From contig CAMOCC010000003.1 in assembly GCA_946610035.1 (NCBI GenBank), positions 3,713 through 67,712 on the forward strand: a stretch of 64,000 nt of DNA. The letters are read 5' to 3'. This DNA is from an uncultured Verrucomicrobiota bacterium. Its GTDB lineage: Bacteria > Verrucomicrobiota > Kiritimatiellia > RFP12 > UBA1067. Below the pieces are notes generated by a model that worked only from the letters and a program-made list of their open reading frames with translations, was not told the origin of the DNA and ran no database searches. A program made the position numbers and the translations under genes. Numbering within the stretch: the stretch's first letter is position 1; each line of letters starts with the position of its first letter. This document shows, piece by piece, positions 62,467 to 64,000 of this stretch.

Positions 62467-63933
62467 ATGACCGAAACAAAACGATCCAGCTGGTCCGGCC
62501 AGCTCGCATTCATCCTCGCCGCCGCGGCGTCCGCCATCGGCCTCGGCAACCTCTGGAGGTTTCCGTACCTTGCCGCGCAATACGGCGGCGGCACGTTCAT
62601 CGTCGTATACCTTGCGCTCGTCGTGACGCTTGGCTTCACGCTCATGGTGACGGAGATCTCCGTTGGACGTCTCACGCGGCAGGCGCCTCTCACGGCGTAT
62701 TCGAGGATGCACCGGGGGTGGGGGTTCGTCGGCTTCCTCGGGACGCTCGTCCCGGTGCTGATAGTGCCTTACTACTGCGTCATAGGCGGATGGGTCGTCA
62801 AATACTTCGTCACATACGCGAGGATTGCGCTTACGGGCGCGGTTCCGCCGGAGCTCGCCGGCGATGCGGCGGGCGCGGGTGCGTTCTTCAACGGATTCAT
62901 AACCGCCAACTTCGCGCCTTTCGCCTACGGCTGCGTCTTCGTCCTGATATGCGCGGGCGTGATCGTGCTCGGCGTCAAGAACGGCATCGAGAAGTCCAAT
63001 CTCGTCATGATGCCGTTCCTTTTCGTGCTGGCGCTGGCGATCTCGCTCTATGTCGTCTTCCTCCCCGGATCTGGCGAAGGCCTGAAATACTACCTCGTGC
63101 CGAGCCTTGACGCCCTTGCCGGGCCCGACGGGCACTTCTCGTTCGCCAGGCTTGCGAAGACGATCCTCGGTGCGCTCGGGCAGATGTTCTATTCGCTTTC
63201 GCTCGCAATGGGGATCATGATAACATACGGCTCGTACATGCGCAGGGAGGACTCGATAGAGAAGTGCGTCCGCCGCATCGAGGTGTTCGACACGATAATC
63301 GCCGTCATCGCAGGTCTCATGATCATCCCGGTCGTCTACATGTTCGCCGTCAAGACGGGGACGCCAGTCAAGGAGGCGATGAACGCCGGACCCGGTCTCA
63401 TGTTCATCACGCTTCCAAAGGTCTTCGCGACGATCGGCAAGGCGGGCGCGTGGCTCGGAATGGCGTTCTTCGGACTCGTCATATTCGCCGCGCTAACCTC
63501 CGCCATATCGCTCTACGAGGCATGCGTCGCCTCCGTGTGCGACCTCCTGGAGATCCGCCGCAAGCCGGCGACGTTCTTCATCGGCGCGCTGATACTCTTC
63601 CTTTCGACGTTCTCCGCCCTCGGATACGGAGCGTGGGGCGACATAAGGCTCTTCGCCGGGATCCTCTCGAAGGACGGGCTCCAGTTCCTCGACTTCTTCG
63701 ACTTCATCACGAACTCCGTGTTCATGCCGATAGTCGCACTGTTCACGTGCGTTGCAATCGGCTGGATCATGAAGCCGAAGGTCGTCACGGACGAGGTGGA
63801 GGCTTGCGGCCAGCCATTCAAGGCGAAGGGCATCTACATATTCTTCGTGAAGTTCTTCGCCCCGGTGCTGATGCTCGTTCTCCTTGTTTCGGAGGTGTGC
63901 AGGACGCTTGGCATCAAAGGCTGGAGCATTTAG
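62467..63933 (+). CDS. Sodium:neurotransmitter symporter (SNF) family transporter
   Basis: Start MTETKRSSWSGQLAFILAAAASAIGLGNLWRFPYLAAQYGGGTF, the canonical SNF N-terminal signature. Confidence 0.88.
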   Translation: MTETKRSSWSGQLAFILAAAASAIGLGNLWRFPYLAAQYGGGTFIVVYLALVVTLGFTLMVTEISVGRLTRQAPLTAYSRMHRGWGFVGFLGTLVPVLIVPYYCVIGGWVVKYFVTYARIALTGAVPPELAGDAAGAGAFFNGFITANFAPFAYGCVFVLICAGVIVLGVKNGIEKSNLVMMPFLFVLALAISLYVVFLPGSGEGLKYYLVPSLDALAGPDGHFSFARLAKTILGALGQMFYSLSLAMGIMITYGSYMRREDSIEKCVRRIEVFDTIIAVIAGLMIIPVVYMFAVKTGTPVKEAMNAGPGLMFITLPKVFATIGKAGAWLGMAFFGLVIFAALTSAISLYEACVASVCDLLEIRRKPATFFIGALILFLSTFSALGYGAWGDIRLFAGILSKDGLQFLDFFDFITNSVFMPIVALFTCVAIGWIMKPKVVTDEVEACGQPFKAKGIYIFFVKFFAPVLMLVLLVSEVCRTLGIKGWSI

Positions 63934-64000
63934 GGGCGAGGACGACGGTCAGGATGTTCCTTCCGCCCTCGCGCCGGTAGTCCAGGCTTTCGGACATCCT

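Overview
High-GC bacterial chromosome segment. Almost every gene is on the + strand. My guess at lineage is a PVC-type, glycan-degrading bacterium, but that is inference only.

Most of the window is housekeeping:
- hisH-hisF, guaA, glmS, an SLC12-like transporter, queE, serS, nrnA, a histidine kinase, nadE, glgB, upp
- a PLP decarboxylase, a U32 peptidase, lnt, parA, V-type ATPase subunits D-I-K, trxA, manA, HU
- a eukaryote-type GH13+GH133 debranching enzyme, an SNF transporter, and several secreted glycan-active enzymes

The main exception is a visibly AT-richer accessory island of about 12 kb (about 7452-19780). It starts right after a tRNA-Ala(GGC) that has its own terminator. I could find no integrase, transposase or att repeat. 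The island carries:
- an AlbA_2/HATPase_c_4 ATPase, the only minus-strand gene, divergent from a single-chain type IIG restriction-modification enzyme that has a highly structured leader
- a secreted alpha/beta-hydrolase plus lipoprotein cassette, followed by a truncated hydrolase copy and a second partner paralog (effector/immunity-like layout)
- two homologous promoter-driven structured RNA elements of about 175 nt, with compensatory base changes, in front of unrelated ORFs
- several gene remnants

Outside the island, the items worth a second look are:
- three tandem paralogous ~190-aa proteins whose C-terminal helix resembles T3SS needle/filament proteins
- near-identical in-frame 21-bp tandem repeats encoding TNHQ(P/S)P in two unrelated housekeeping genes (hisH and the U32 peptidase)
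- a very uniform TGnTATAAT extended -10 promoter, placed 6-10 nt before the ATG of at least eight genes (apparent leaderless mRNAs)
- a REP/BIME- or MITE-like palindrome cluster upstream of nadE
- a 101-nt cytosine-free tract upstream of glmS

All functional calls come from motif recognition in the supplied translations. No database search was run.
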